Made by a program: the position numbers and the translations under genes | Source of the DNA: Patescibacteria group bacterium | GTDB lineage: Bacteria; Patescibacteriota; Minisyncoccia; UBA6257; HR35 | Direction of reading: 5' to 3' | Length of the DNA stretch: 20,696 bases | Assembly (NCBI GenBank): GCA_030549845.1 | Contig: JAUQQN010000008.1 | Span: forward strand, 1 to 20,696 | Part shown: piece after piece, positions 1-7,393 of the stretch | Numbering within the stretch: the first letter of the stretch is position 1 | How the letters are laid out: each line of letters opens with the position of its first letter | Notes under the pieces: generated by a model | Told to the model about the DNA's origin: nothing | The model's input: only the letters and a program-made list of their open reading frames with translations | Database searches by the model: none

Positions 1-164
1 TCTTTACTTATGCCTGGATTACTATAACTTTTTTATATTTTTTTCATTAACAATGTTATAGCATTCTAAATTTAAAATATTTACATATTACTTGTCAGGA
101 TTGATATAAATTCAATTATTCTTTTTACAGATCTAAAAGAATGAAATATTTTTTCTTCAAATAA

Positions 165-223
165 AAACAGCCCAAGGCTTTTTAACATTATTCATCATTT
201 TATTTTTTAGCCTTGGGCTGTTT
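165..223 (-). terminator. Perfect 15-bp inverted repeat (165-179 aaacagcccaaggct / 209-223 agccttgggctgttt) with a 29-nt loop. Candidate intrinsic terminator or structured RNA element for leftward transcription.
   Basis: Read directly from the sequence. The arms are perfectly complementary and contain a GC-rich core in otherwise AT-rich DNA. On the minus strand the 3' arm runs into TTTTTATTT. The stop codon of the small ORF (222-224) sits in the stem. The large loop is atypical for a terminator. Confidence 0.4.
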
Positions 224-344
224 ACTGCGACGAGGAAGATTCTCCTTCATCGCCTCCCTTATTTTCTTCAGTTGTTTCAACATTTGTTGTTTCTTCTTTT
301 TGTTCTTCCCCGTCATCAAAGAATAAAATTTCCTCTCTGGCCAT
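222..344 (-). CDS. Hypothetical 40-aa strongly acidic peptide (MAREEILFFDDGEEQKEETTNVETTEENKGGDEGESSSSQ)
   Basis: Hand translation of the minus strand: ATG at 344-342, TAA at 224-222. It is bracketed by a near-consensus promoter upstream and a 15-bp hairpin downstream. There is no SD and no family recognised, and it falls below the ORF-track length cutoff. It could instead be a non-coding transcript. Confidence 0.25.
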   Translation of the reverse strand: MAREEILFFDDGEEQKEETTNVETTEENKGGDEGESSSSQ

Positions 345-423
345 TTTTGTTTAACAAAACTTAATTACGACCTTTTAAATTACAACTTAAAAAAGGGCTT
401 TTAACCCTCCTTTATCTTTAATT

Positions 424-452
424 ATTATACCAAAGAAAATTCAGAAATTCAA
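424..452 (-). promoter_or_regulatory. Sigma70-type promoter on the minus strand: TTGAAT (452-447), 17-nt spacer, TATAAT (429-424)
   Basis: Reverse complement reads ttgaat-ttctgaattttctttgg-tataat. The -35 matches 5/6 and the -10 matches 6/6, with optimal 17-nt spacing, directly after the stop of the 458-1942 gene. AT-rich DNA produces false TATAAT hits, so confidence is moderate. Confidence 0.4.
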
Positions 453-457
453 CCCCC

Positions 458-1942
458 TTATCCACCTGCCTCTTTTATTATTTTTATGTCATTTTCGAAT
501 CTTTCTGCAATGGACATCACAGAATCGCCATAAAATCTATAAGCAGGGTTTGACCAATTTCCTCCTGCAAAATATATCATTGCTGCTTTCCATTCTGCTT
601 CATAGGTTTGTTTATTAGCTCCGGCCTCGGCTAATTTTATTCCTGCTGCCACAAAAGCATGATAAATATTCCAAGGATTTGGTTCTTCCCCGATAACTTT
701 TCTTATTTTATCTTCATAGGCTTTCCATGTTGAAGGAATGAATTGAGCAGGTCCCATCGCACCACCCCAACCAAAACTCAAAGGACAAGAGACTGGAGTA
801 GAGAAGGGATCCATTCCTAATTTTTTTGTAATTTCTAAAAATACTGGCACATCTCTTGTTGGATGCATAACTCTATCCATTTTTGCTCCTGTTTTTACAT
901 TGATACCTGCTCCTGTTTCTGGATCTTTAAGATAACATTGACCAACATTTCTTCCTAAATCAGATTCTTGTTTTAAAACAGCTAATAGAAATGCAGGCCT
1001 AACCCCAGTAATTTTACTTACAAGCTCAGCATATTTTAATGCCTCTCCAAAATTAATAGGAGAAACACCACCTGCAAGTCTAAATAATTGCGCTCTTATT
1101 TCTGCTGCTCGTTTTTCTTTTTCTGTTAATAATTCTCTATATTTCTTTTCTTGCCCTTGTGTTATTCTTAAAAGCTCATTTTTTTCTTCTTGTAGATCAG
1201 CTAACTCTCTTTTTTTCATTTCAGATAATGCTAAAAGATTTTCTTGCTCTTCAACAGCTTCCTCTAATTTTTGTTTTTGATAATTAAGTTCTCTCACTAA
1301 GTCTTTTAATTCATTTATTTGCTTATTGATAGATTCCTGAAGTTTGTTTAGATAAACTATATTTGAAAAATAATCAGATAAATTTTGTTCTGCTAAAATT
1401 ACTTCAAAAAAAGATTTTCTTGAAAGGTTGTAGTAAGTTCTAGTTGTAAGTTTTAAGTTTTCTTTTGAGCTTTCGATTCTTTTTTCTGTTTCTTTGATTG
1501 CCTTTAATGTACTATTTATTCTTGAATTTAAAACACTAATCTGATATTTTATGGCTTTTATTTCCAGCTCTGTTTTATTTATTTGTGCATTTAAATATTG
1601 AATTTCTTGCTGTAGGGTTCTTTTTTGAGAAGATAATTTTTTAATTTCCTCTCTATATTTTTCTATTTCTTTTAAAATTTGATTTAACTCACCTTGCAGT
1701 TTTTCTCTTAACTCATTAACTTTGGCATTATTTTGGGCTAATAGCGAGGGATTAACATCTATTCTTACACTTTTTTGAGTAGGAGCTGCAGCTTTTGATT
1801 CTAGAAGTAAGAATAGGCTTATTAAAAAGAGTACAAGAATTTTGCCTATAATTAAATCTTTAGCTTTAATACAAAGTTTTTTAAATAAAGAAACTTTGTT
1901 AGCAGATGAATATCGAAATTTTTTGATGTCTTTTATCATCAT
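458..1942 (-). CDS. Membrane-anchored coiled-coil protein with a C-terminal lytic murein transglycosylase (SLT_2/MltB-like) domain
   Basis: N-terminal hydrophobic anchor (ILVLFLISLFLLL) and a roughly 230-aa heptad-like E/K/L/Q-rich region. The C-terminus carries the catalytic E-S motif (LKQESDLGRN) and GAMGPAQFIPSTW, typical of MltB-type transglycosylases. It has a 4-nt ATGA overlap with the upstream gene and an AGGAG 6 nt before the ATG. Confidence 0.7.
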   Translation of the reverse strand: MMIKDIKKFRYSSANKVSLFKKLCIKAKDLIIGKILVLFLISLFLLLESKAAAPTQKSVRIDVNPSLLAQNNAKVNELREKLQGELNQILKEIEKYREEIKKLSSQKRTLQQEIQYLNAQINKTELEIKAIKYQISVLNSRINSTLKAIKETEKRIESSKENLKLTTRTYYNLSRKSFFEVILAEQNLSDYFSNIVYLNKLQESINKQINELKDLVRELNYQKQKLEEAVEEQENLLALSEMKKRELADLQEEKNELLRITQGQEKKYRELLTEKEKRAAEIRAQLFRLAGGVSPINFGEALKYAELVSKITGVRPAFLLAVLKQESDLGRNVGQCYLKDPETGAGINVKTGAKMDRVMHPTRDVPVFLEITKKLGMDPFSTPVSCPLSFGWGGAMGPAQFIPSTWKAYEDKIRKVIGEEPNPWNIYHAFVAAGIKLAEAGANKQTYEAEWKAAMIYFAGGNWSNPAYRFYGDSVMSIAERFENDIKIIKEAGG

Positions 1943-2490
1943 AATTCTCCTGATTCTTCAGATGTTGTAATTTCGATAACACTAACAATTGGAGTTTCAG
2001 GGTGTGTTAATATTTTGAAATCTCCTGTTATTTTTAGATCTTTCACATAAATAGTTTGACCCAGCTCTAAATTAGAGACATCAATTTTTATGTTTTGGGG
2101 TAACTTCTCCATTAAACCTTCAACTTCTAATTCATTTAATAATTTATTTAAAATATAGCCTTTTCTTAAAATTTCATCTTCTCCCTCAATTATAATAGGG
2201 ATAGTTGTAGAAACTTCTTTTGCCAAGGAAGGAATATAAATATCAAAATGAATCGGTTCTAGCGTAATAGGATGCTTTTGGACTTCTTGTAAAATGCCAG
2301 AATATTGCTTTCCTTCAAATTCGAAATTGAATCTCATATGAAGCTGAGTAAAGTACTTTAGAAAATCTTTTTTTGAAATACAAACAAGTTGATTCTCAAT
2401 GCCTGGTCCATATAAAATACCTGGTATATAACCTTCTTTTCTATACACCTCTGCTTTTTTGTTGGTATCTCTTTTTTCTAACCTAATCAT
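1939..2490 (-). CDS. rplY: 50S ribosomal protein bL25 (Ctc form)
   Basis: N-terminus RDTNKKAEVYRKEGYIPGILYGPGIENQ matches the bL25 signature (R..G.iPavlYG). The 183-aa length fits the two-domain Ctc type. Confidence 0.85.
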   Translation of the reverse strand: MIRLEKRDTNKKAEVYRKEGYIPGILYGPGIENQLVCISKKDFLKYFTQLHMRFNFEFEGKQYSGILQEVQKHPITLEPIHFDIYIPSLAKEVSTTIPIIIEGEDEILRKGYILNKLLNELEVEGLMEKLPQNIKIDVSNLELGQTIYVKDLKITGDFKILTHPETPIVSVIEITTSEESGEL

Positions 2491-2520
2491 TCTTATTTTT
2501 ATTTTATCATAATTTTAATT

Positions 2521-3489
2521 TTAAATTTCAAATATTTTTAACCCTAAATCTACCTTTTTAAATTTTAATAATTCCTTTTCTTTCAAAAGACCTGTTTGGG
2601 CTCCTATTTCTCTAAGATTATAAGCTGTATTAATGGCTGATAATTTTAAAGCTAAAGATAATACTTCTTTGTTTAATTTGTTAATGTTTTTAATTATAAA
2701 GCCAAATAAGGTACTTGCAAAACAATCTCCTGCGCCCGTGGTATCTACTACCTTTGTTTTTTTAAAGGCATTTACAAAATACACTATATTTTCATGAATT
2801 AAATAAGCCCCTTCTTTTCCAAATGTTATTACTTTAAATTTTACGTTTTTTAAAAGTTCGTTAAATTTCTTTAAAACTATTAACCTATCCATATCCTTTT
2901 TAGTTTTTAAAAATAATATTGCCTCTTCTTCATTTAGTACAACAAAATCACAATTTTTTACAGTTTCTAAAGCAGCTTTTTTTGATAAGAAATTTTTTGA
3001 TGGTAATAAACCTACAAAATTGTCTTTCTTTTTAATTTTTTTAATTACATTTTCCCATACAAAAAGCGGGGTGGCACCTGTGGTTATAAGGTAAGCAGAA
3101 GCAAAAGATACAGGTATCTCGTTTACTTTAAAAATCTCATTTCCTCTATATGTAAAAATATATTTTTCTCCCGTATTTTTATTTAAAAAAATCACAGAAA
3201 TAGTTGAATTTCCTTTGGTTTTTATTATTTTTGTAGAAATTTCTTTTTCTTCTAATTTTTTTATTATAATCTTACCAACAAAATCATCACCTAATTTAAT
3301 AATTGCCTCAGAGTTTAAATTTAAATTTTTCAAATTGAAAGCTGAATTTAATGCTCCACCTCCAATATCAATAAATATTTCGGGGACATTATTTTTTTCA
3401 AAAATTTTTGCTTTTCCTTTTAAAAAGTCCAAATTTTTAAATATAAAAAATATATCTAAAGTAGCACTTCCTACACAAAATATTTTCAT
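2521..3489 (-). CDS. PfkB-family carbohydrate/nucleoside kinase (ribokinase-like)
   Basis: Contains GGGALNSAFNLKNL (PfkB signature 1 region) and VDTTGAGDCFASTLFG (PfkB signature 2, DTxGAGD). Substrate cannot be assigned from the sequence. Confidence 0.8.
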   Translation of the reverse strand: MKIFCVGSATLDIFFIFKNLDFLKGKAKIFEKNNVPEIFIDIGGGALNSAFNLKNLNLNSEAIIKLGDDFVGKIIIKKLEEKEISTKIIKTKGNSTISVIFLNKNTGEKYIFTYRGNEIFKVNEIPVSFASAYLITTGATPLFVWENVIKKIKKKDNFVGLLPSKNFLSKKAALETVKNCDFVVLNEEEAILFLKTKKDMDRLIVLKKFNELLKNVKFKVITFGKEGAYLIHENIVYFVNAFKKTKVVDTTGAGDCFASTLFGFIIKNINKLNKEVLSLALKLSAINTAYNLREIGAQTGLLKEKELLKFKKVDLGLKIFEI

Positions 3490-3504
3490 CTTTAATATTA
3501 TAAA

Positions 3505-4227
3505 TTAGATTTTAACTTTAGCTATGTTAATTTTCTTTAAAGCTTTTGAGGCTGCATCTAATTCTGCTTCTTGTTTGCTGTGACCTTCGCCAACACTTAT
3601 TAATTTTTCATTTAAATATACGCCTATAGTAAATTTTTTTTGATGTGGAGGACCTTCTTCTTTTAGTACCACATATTTTGGCAAAATTTTAAATTTTTCT
3701 TGAGAAATTTCTTGTAAAGCACTTTTAGGATCTTTGTACAATCTTTTTTCTATTATTTCTTCAAGATCTTTTAAAATGTTAGTGATTACAAATTTTTCGA
3801 CTGTTTGTAAATCATTATCTAAAAAAATTGCTCCTACTAATGCTTCTAAGGTATTACTTAAAACAGTTTTTAATCCTCTTTCATTTATATTTCTTCCTTT
3901 CAGAATTAAATTTTCTAATTCCAAGTTGCTCGCTACTTCACTTAATTTATCTCTATTTATCAAGCTTGCTCTTATAAGTGTTAAGTCACCTTCTTGAAAT
4001 TTTGGATACTTTTTATAGAGATGCAAAGAAACTAAAAATTCTAAAATTGCATCACCTAAAAATTCTAGTCTTTCGTTATGATTATATGGATAACTTGGGT
4101 AGTAATATAAAAAACTTTTGTGAGTTAAAGCTTCAAAAAATAAAATTTTGTTTTTTATAGATATATTTAATTTATTTGATAATGTTTTAATAGCTTTTTC
4201 TAAATGTTTTTCCCAGTCAAAATTCAT
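3505..4227 (-). CDS. rnc: Ribonuclease III
   Basis: RNase III signature ERLEFLGDAILEFLVS. C-terminal dsRBD-like segment (PKSALQEISQEK...GEGHSKQEAELDAASKAL). 4-nt overlap with nusB. Confidence 0.92.
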   Translation of the reverse strand: MNFDWEKHLEKAIKTLSNKLNISIKNKILFFEALTHKSFLYYYPSYPYNHNERLEFLGDAILEFLVSLHLYKKYPKFQEGDLTLIRASLINRDKLSEVASNLELENLILKGRNINERGLKTVLSNTLEALVGAIFLDNDLQTVEKFVITNILKDLEEIIEKRLYKDPKSALQEISQEKFKILPKYVVLKEEGPPHQKKFTIGVYLNEKLISVGEGHSKQEAELDAASKALKKINIAKVKI

Positions 4228-4664
4228 ATCTTATTTTCTGCTTTAAGTTTTTGGATATTTTCGTAAACAGTACCTAAAACTCCATTTATAAATTTAGCAG
4301 TTGCTTTTGTCCCGAAATTTTTAGCAAGTTCTATAGCTTCATTAATTGCAACTTTGTGCGGGATTGCATCTGACTCATTTATTAATTCATAAGTAGATAA
4401 TCTTAATATACTTTTTTCTAAAAGAGGAATTTGTTCAAAGGGTAAAGACCTTACAGAATTTTTGATTATGCTATCGATTAAATCTAAATTTTTTACTATA
4501 CCTTCCATTAAATTCCTAGCAAAGTCAGGTTCATCTATATCTTTTCCGAATTCTTGTAAATTTCTTTCAAAAATTTCCTTCCATTTATCAGATTGATAAT
4601 CATTAAAAGCCCATTCGTATAGGCTTTGCATAACAATTATTCTAGAAAGATGCCGGGTTGCCAT
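4224..4664 (-). CDS. nusB: Transcription antitermination factor NusB
   Basis: 146 aa. The N-terminal R..SR..vMQSLY pattern and C-terminal AINEAIELAKNFGTKATAKFINGVLG match the NusB family. Confidence 0.85.
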   Translation of the reverse strand: MATRHLSRIIVMQSLYEWAFNDYQSDKWKEIFERNLQEFGKDIDEPDFARNLMEGIVKNLDLIDSIIKNSVRSLPFEQIPLLEKSILRLSTYELINESDAIPHKVAINEAIELAKNFGTKATAKFINGVLGTVYENIQKLKAENKI

Positions 4665-4870
4665 TATTTTTTAGACTTCTTTTTCTTTTCTTTTTTAACT
4701 TCTAAATATTTTCTACCCTTATAAAACCCACAATTAATACAAACTCTATGCGGTAAAGTCAATTCATTACAATTTTTACATCTTACTAATTGAGGTAACT
4801 TTAAAATCTCTTTTTGAAATCTTCTTTTTCTTGATCTTGATCTAGAAAGTCTTTTTGCAGGTACTACCAT
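4664..4870 (-). CDS. rpmF: 50S ribosomal protein bL32
   Basis: MVVPAKRLSRSRSRKRR N-terminus plus a CxxC...CxxC zinc ribbon (CKNC...CINC). Its stop overlaps the nusB start by 1 nt (TAATG). Confidence 0.9.
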   Translation of the reverse strand: MVVPAKRLSRSRSRKRRFQKEILKLPQLVRCKNCNELTLPHRVCINCGFYKGRKYLEVKKEKKKKSKK

Positions 4871-4877
4871 TATAGTA

Positions 4878-5480
4878 TTAATTATAATCTATTAATTCAT
4901 TTTTTTTAAACCAAAGATTTAATTCGTATTTTGCCTCCTCCTTATTACCAGAAGCATGTATCAAATTTTGTATAGCTCTTTTTTCTAGGTTTGCTATTAT
5001 AGGATTATCTATAGAAAAATCTCCTCTAATGGTTCCAGGTGGTGATTTAAATGGCAATGTTGTGCCTACAAGCTTTCTTACTATTTCTACAGCATTTGGA
5101 CCTTTTATAGCAATTTTTATTATAGGGCCTGAACACATATAATCTAACAACCACTCCCGTACTTTCAAGCCTAATTCATAAACATTATTTACATTAAAGT
5201 CTTTTTTTAAATCCACCTTTATTTTATATTCTTCGCAGGTTTTAATAAAATTATTCCCCAAATTTTCAACCCACTCTTTTGTTTTCGGATAATGCTTATC
5301 TAATAAATTTCTTGTAGGTTTTACCATCTGAAGACCAATAATTTTCAAGCCACTATTTTCGAATCTTTTTATTATTTCACCAATGAGACCTCTTTTTACA
5401 GCATCTGGTTTTAAAAGGACTAAGGTTTTTTCCTCCTTCAAGTTTTTATAAATTTTTTCTAGTTTTTCCATTTTTGACAT
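4878..5480 (-). CDS. ndk: Nucleoside diphosphate kinase, long form with an internal insertion
   Basis: LVLLKPDAVKRGLIGEIIKRFENSGLKIIGLQMV and PGTIRGDFSID...NLIHASG (active-site His context) match NDK. At 200 aa it exceeds the usual ~140-150 aa, owing to an N-terminal extension and an insertion. Confidence 0.75.
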   Translation of the reverse strand: MSKMEKLEKIYKNLKEEKTLVLLKPDAVKRGLIGEIIKRFENSGLKIIGLQMVKPTRNLLDKHYPKTKEWVENLGNNFIKTCEEYKIKVDLKKDFNVNNVYELGLKVREWLLDYMCSGPIIKIAIKGPNAVEIVRKLVGTTLPFKSPPGTIRGDFSIDNPIIANLEKRAIQNLIHASGNKEEAKYELNLWFKKNELIDYN

Positions 5481-5520
5481 TTATGATTAAAATTTTAGAT
5501 TGCAATTTAAAATTTAAAAA

Positions 5521-5880
5521 TCGGGCAGAGCTATAAGCCGGATTCTGTACCACCCGTATGGGTGGCGATAGCCATTTATCTAGCCTCTGCATTACTGCAG
5601 AGGACAAGCGGTACTCCATAAACCCAAAGGTTTATGGCACGACCTCGCACCCAGAAGGAGAAGGCCAATCCTGAAAATTACTTTTCAGGATCAGGGAGTA
5701 GCTAGAACAAGGCTGTTCTAACACCTCCCTGCTTTTCACCTTTTGCCTGCATTAAAGCAGGCTAGTATTGTCTCTGTGACCTTCTCAAGGCGTTTCCGCC
5801 TTCCTGGGTTTCCCAGGCTTCTTTGTTGGGTGTCCGGACTTTCCTCCCGAAAAATTTCGGGCGGCTATCCGCTCTACCCT
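5521..5880 (-). ncRNA. rnpB: RNase P RNA, bacterial type A
   Basis: The reverse complement contains the universally conserved P4 strands GGGAGGAAAGUCCGGAC (5' side) and ACAGAAUCCGGCUUAU (3' side). It also has CUAGAUAAAUGGCUAUC (compare E. coli CUAGAUGAAUGACUGUC) and GGUGAAAAGC. The terminal P1 pairing is GGGUAGAGC/GCUCUGCCC. It is a GC island, 183/360 GC by hand count, in AT-rich flanks. Confidence 0.93.
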
Positions 5881-5888
5881 TTAATAAA

Positions 5889-5917
5889 ATTATATCAGAA
5901 AGATATAAAAATATGAA
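5889..5917 (-). promoter_or_regulatory. Candidate rnpB promoter on the minus strand: TTCATA (5917-5912), 17-nt spacer, TATAAT (5894-5889)
   Basis: The -10 hexamer ends about 8 nt upstream of the predicted P1 5' end of the RNase P RNA. The -35 matches only 4/6. The AT-rich background lowers specificity. Confidence 0.3.
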
Positions 5918-5920
5918 AAT

Positions 5921-7177
5921 ATGATCTCAAAAAATATTCTTGAAAAAATTCCTCATAAGATAGGGGTGTATATGTTCAAAAATAAACAAGGAGAAATATT
6001 GTATATAGGAAAAGCCGTTGATTTAAAGGAAAGAATAAAACAACATTTAAAAAGCACTAATCCTAAAATACAAGAATTAATAAAAAGCGCAGAAGATGTT
6101 GAAATAATATTGCTTGATTCTGAAGCAGAAGCCTTACTAAAAGAAGCAGAGCTTATAAAAAAATTCGATCCCTTGTTTAATCAACTTCTAAGAGATGATT
6201 CCCAGTATTTTTTTGTGGGGTTTACAAAAGAAATCTATCCTAAAGTTTTTGTAACTCATCAACCTCAAAAATATAATGCAGAGTTTATAGGTCCTTTTAC
6301 TGAAGGTAGTGCTCTCAAGAAAATTCTTCATATAATAAGAAAAGAAATTCCTTTTTGCACTTGTTTTAAGCCTCATATTTCTACATGTCTTAATGCTAAT
6401 TTAGGTTTATGTTATGGTTGGTGTTGTAAAGAAAAAGAAAAAGGAGACCCAAATTTATATAATCAAAATATTAAAAAAATAAAACAAATACTAAAAGGTA
6501 ACCTAAAAGAGATAAAAAAGAAATTATTAAAAGAATTAAAAAAATTAGTAGAAAAAGATGAAATTGAAAAAGCTGTAAAAATTCAAAAACAAATAATTGC
6601 CATTAATAAAATATTGAGCCAAACGAATTTAATCAAAACTTTAAGTACAGAAGAAGAAAGGTTAAACAAAATAAAAATACTTAAAGATTTAAAAATTCTT
6701 CTAAATTTAGAAAAAATACCTCACCTAATAGAAGCATATGATATTTCACATTGCTCAGGAGATTATAAAGTAGGTGTTAGAGTTTTAATAAAGGATGGAG
6801 AATATGATAAGAGCGGTTTAAGGAAATTTAGAATAAAAACTGTATTAAAACCAGATGACCCAAGAATGATTTATGAAGTTTTAAAAAGAAGATTTAAGCA
6901 TCTAGAATGGGGATTGCCTGATTTAATATTAGTAGATGGGGGAAAAATTCAATTAAAGTTTGCTTTAAAAGCATTAGAAGAAACCGGTTTAACTGGAAAA
7001 ATTAAAATTATTTCCTTTGCAAAACCTAAAAATCTTTTATATTATCATTTAAATAAACAACCTATATCTTTGGAAAATTTGCCTTATAATTTAAAGAGTT
7101 TCATAAAATTAATTGATAAAATAGCACATAGGGCCGTTATTAAATATCATCGAAAATTAAGAGAAAAAAAACTATGA
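5921..7177 (+). CDS. uvrC: Excinuclease ABC subunit C, short form lacking the C-terminal (HhH)2 domain
   Basis: GIY-YIG module (GVYMFKNKQGEILYIGKAVDLKERIKQH), Cys cluster (CTC...C...CYGWCC) and a UVR-like helix (EIEKAVKIQKQIIAINKI). RNase H-like endonuclease domain (EAYDISHCSG..., DDPRMIYEVLKRRF, PDLILVDGGKIQL, AHRAVIKYHRKLR). The ORF ends right after the HRxxR motif in an ATGA overlap with secG. Confidence 0.8.
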   Translation: MISKNILEKIPHKIGVYMFKNKQGEILYIGKAVDLKERIKQHLKSTNPKIQELIKSAEDVEIILLDSEAEALLKEAELIKKFDPLFNQLLRDDSQYFFVGFTKEIYPKVFVTHQPQKYNAEFIGPFTEGSALKKILHIIRKEIPFCTCFKPHISTCLNANLGLCYGWCCKEKEKGDPNLYNQNIKKIKQILKGNLKEIKKKLLKELKKLVEKDEIEKAVKIQKQIIAINKILSQTNLIKTLSTEEERLNKIKILKDLKILLNLEKIPHLIEAYDISHCSGDYKVGVRVLIKDGEYDKSGLRKFRIKTVLKPDDPRMIYEVLKRRFKHLEWGLPDLILVDGGKIQLKFALKALEETGLTGKIKIISFAKPKNLLYYHLNKQPISLENLPYNLKSFIKLIDKIAHRAVIKYHRKLREKKL

Positions 7178-7392
7178 AATTTTTATTAGATATTCTAATA
7201 ATTTTTACTGCAATTATTCTAATAACCTTAATCTTACTTCAGCAAAGAGGAGGAGCTTTTGGTTCTTTATTTGGATTCTCAGGTAGTTTGCCATTTTTTC
7301 AAAGAAGGGGATTAGAAAAGTATATATTTATTCTTACATGGATAGTTGTAGGTTTGTTTTTGTTTTTATCTTTGCTAAGAATATACCTTTAA
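7174..7392 (+). CDS. secG: Preprotein translocase subunit SecG
   Basis: 72 aa with two hydrophobic helices flanking LLQQRGGAFGSLFG, the typical SecG Gly-rich loop pattern. Confidence 0.75.
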   Translation: MKFLLDILIIFTAIILITLILLQQRGGAFGSLFGFSGSLPFFQRRGLEKYIFILTWIVVGLFLFLSLLRIYL

Positions 7393-7393
7393 A

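Noticed and set aside
1-164. Possible gene or promoter at the left edge of the window
   Set aside because: No open frame longer than a few codons runs in either direction, and promoter-like hexamers here are indistinguishable from the AT-rich background.
394-412. Short hairpin (AGGG/CCCT core, extendable with A-U and G-U pairs) plus a T-run in the leader of the small acidic ORF, considered as an attenuator or terminator. It includes an SD-like AAGGAGG with no start codon nearby.
   Set aside because: The core stem is 3-4 G:C pairs, too weak to call by itself. It is mentioned only as a detail of the mini-locus finding.
3215-4160. Three plus-strand ORFs (3215-3508, 3734-3997, 3978-4160) from the six-frame track
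   Set aside because: They lie entirely antisense to the well-supported PfkB kinase and rnc genes. Their translations are F/I/K/L/S-rich low-complexity strings, typical of the reverse frame of AT-rich genes, with no recognisable motifs.
6188-6376. 62-aa minus-strand ORF inside uvrC
   Set aside because: It is antisense to a conserved uvrC segment, short, and shows no motifs or expression signals.
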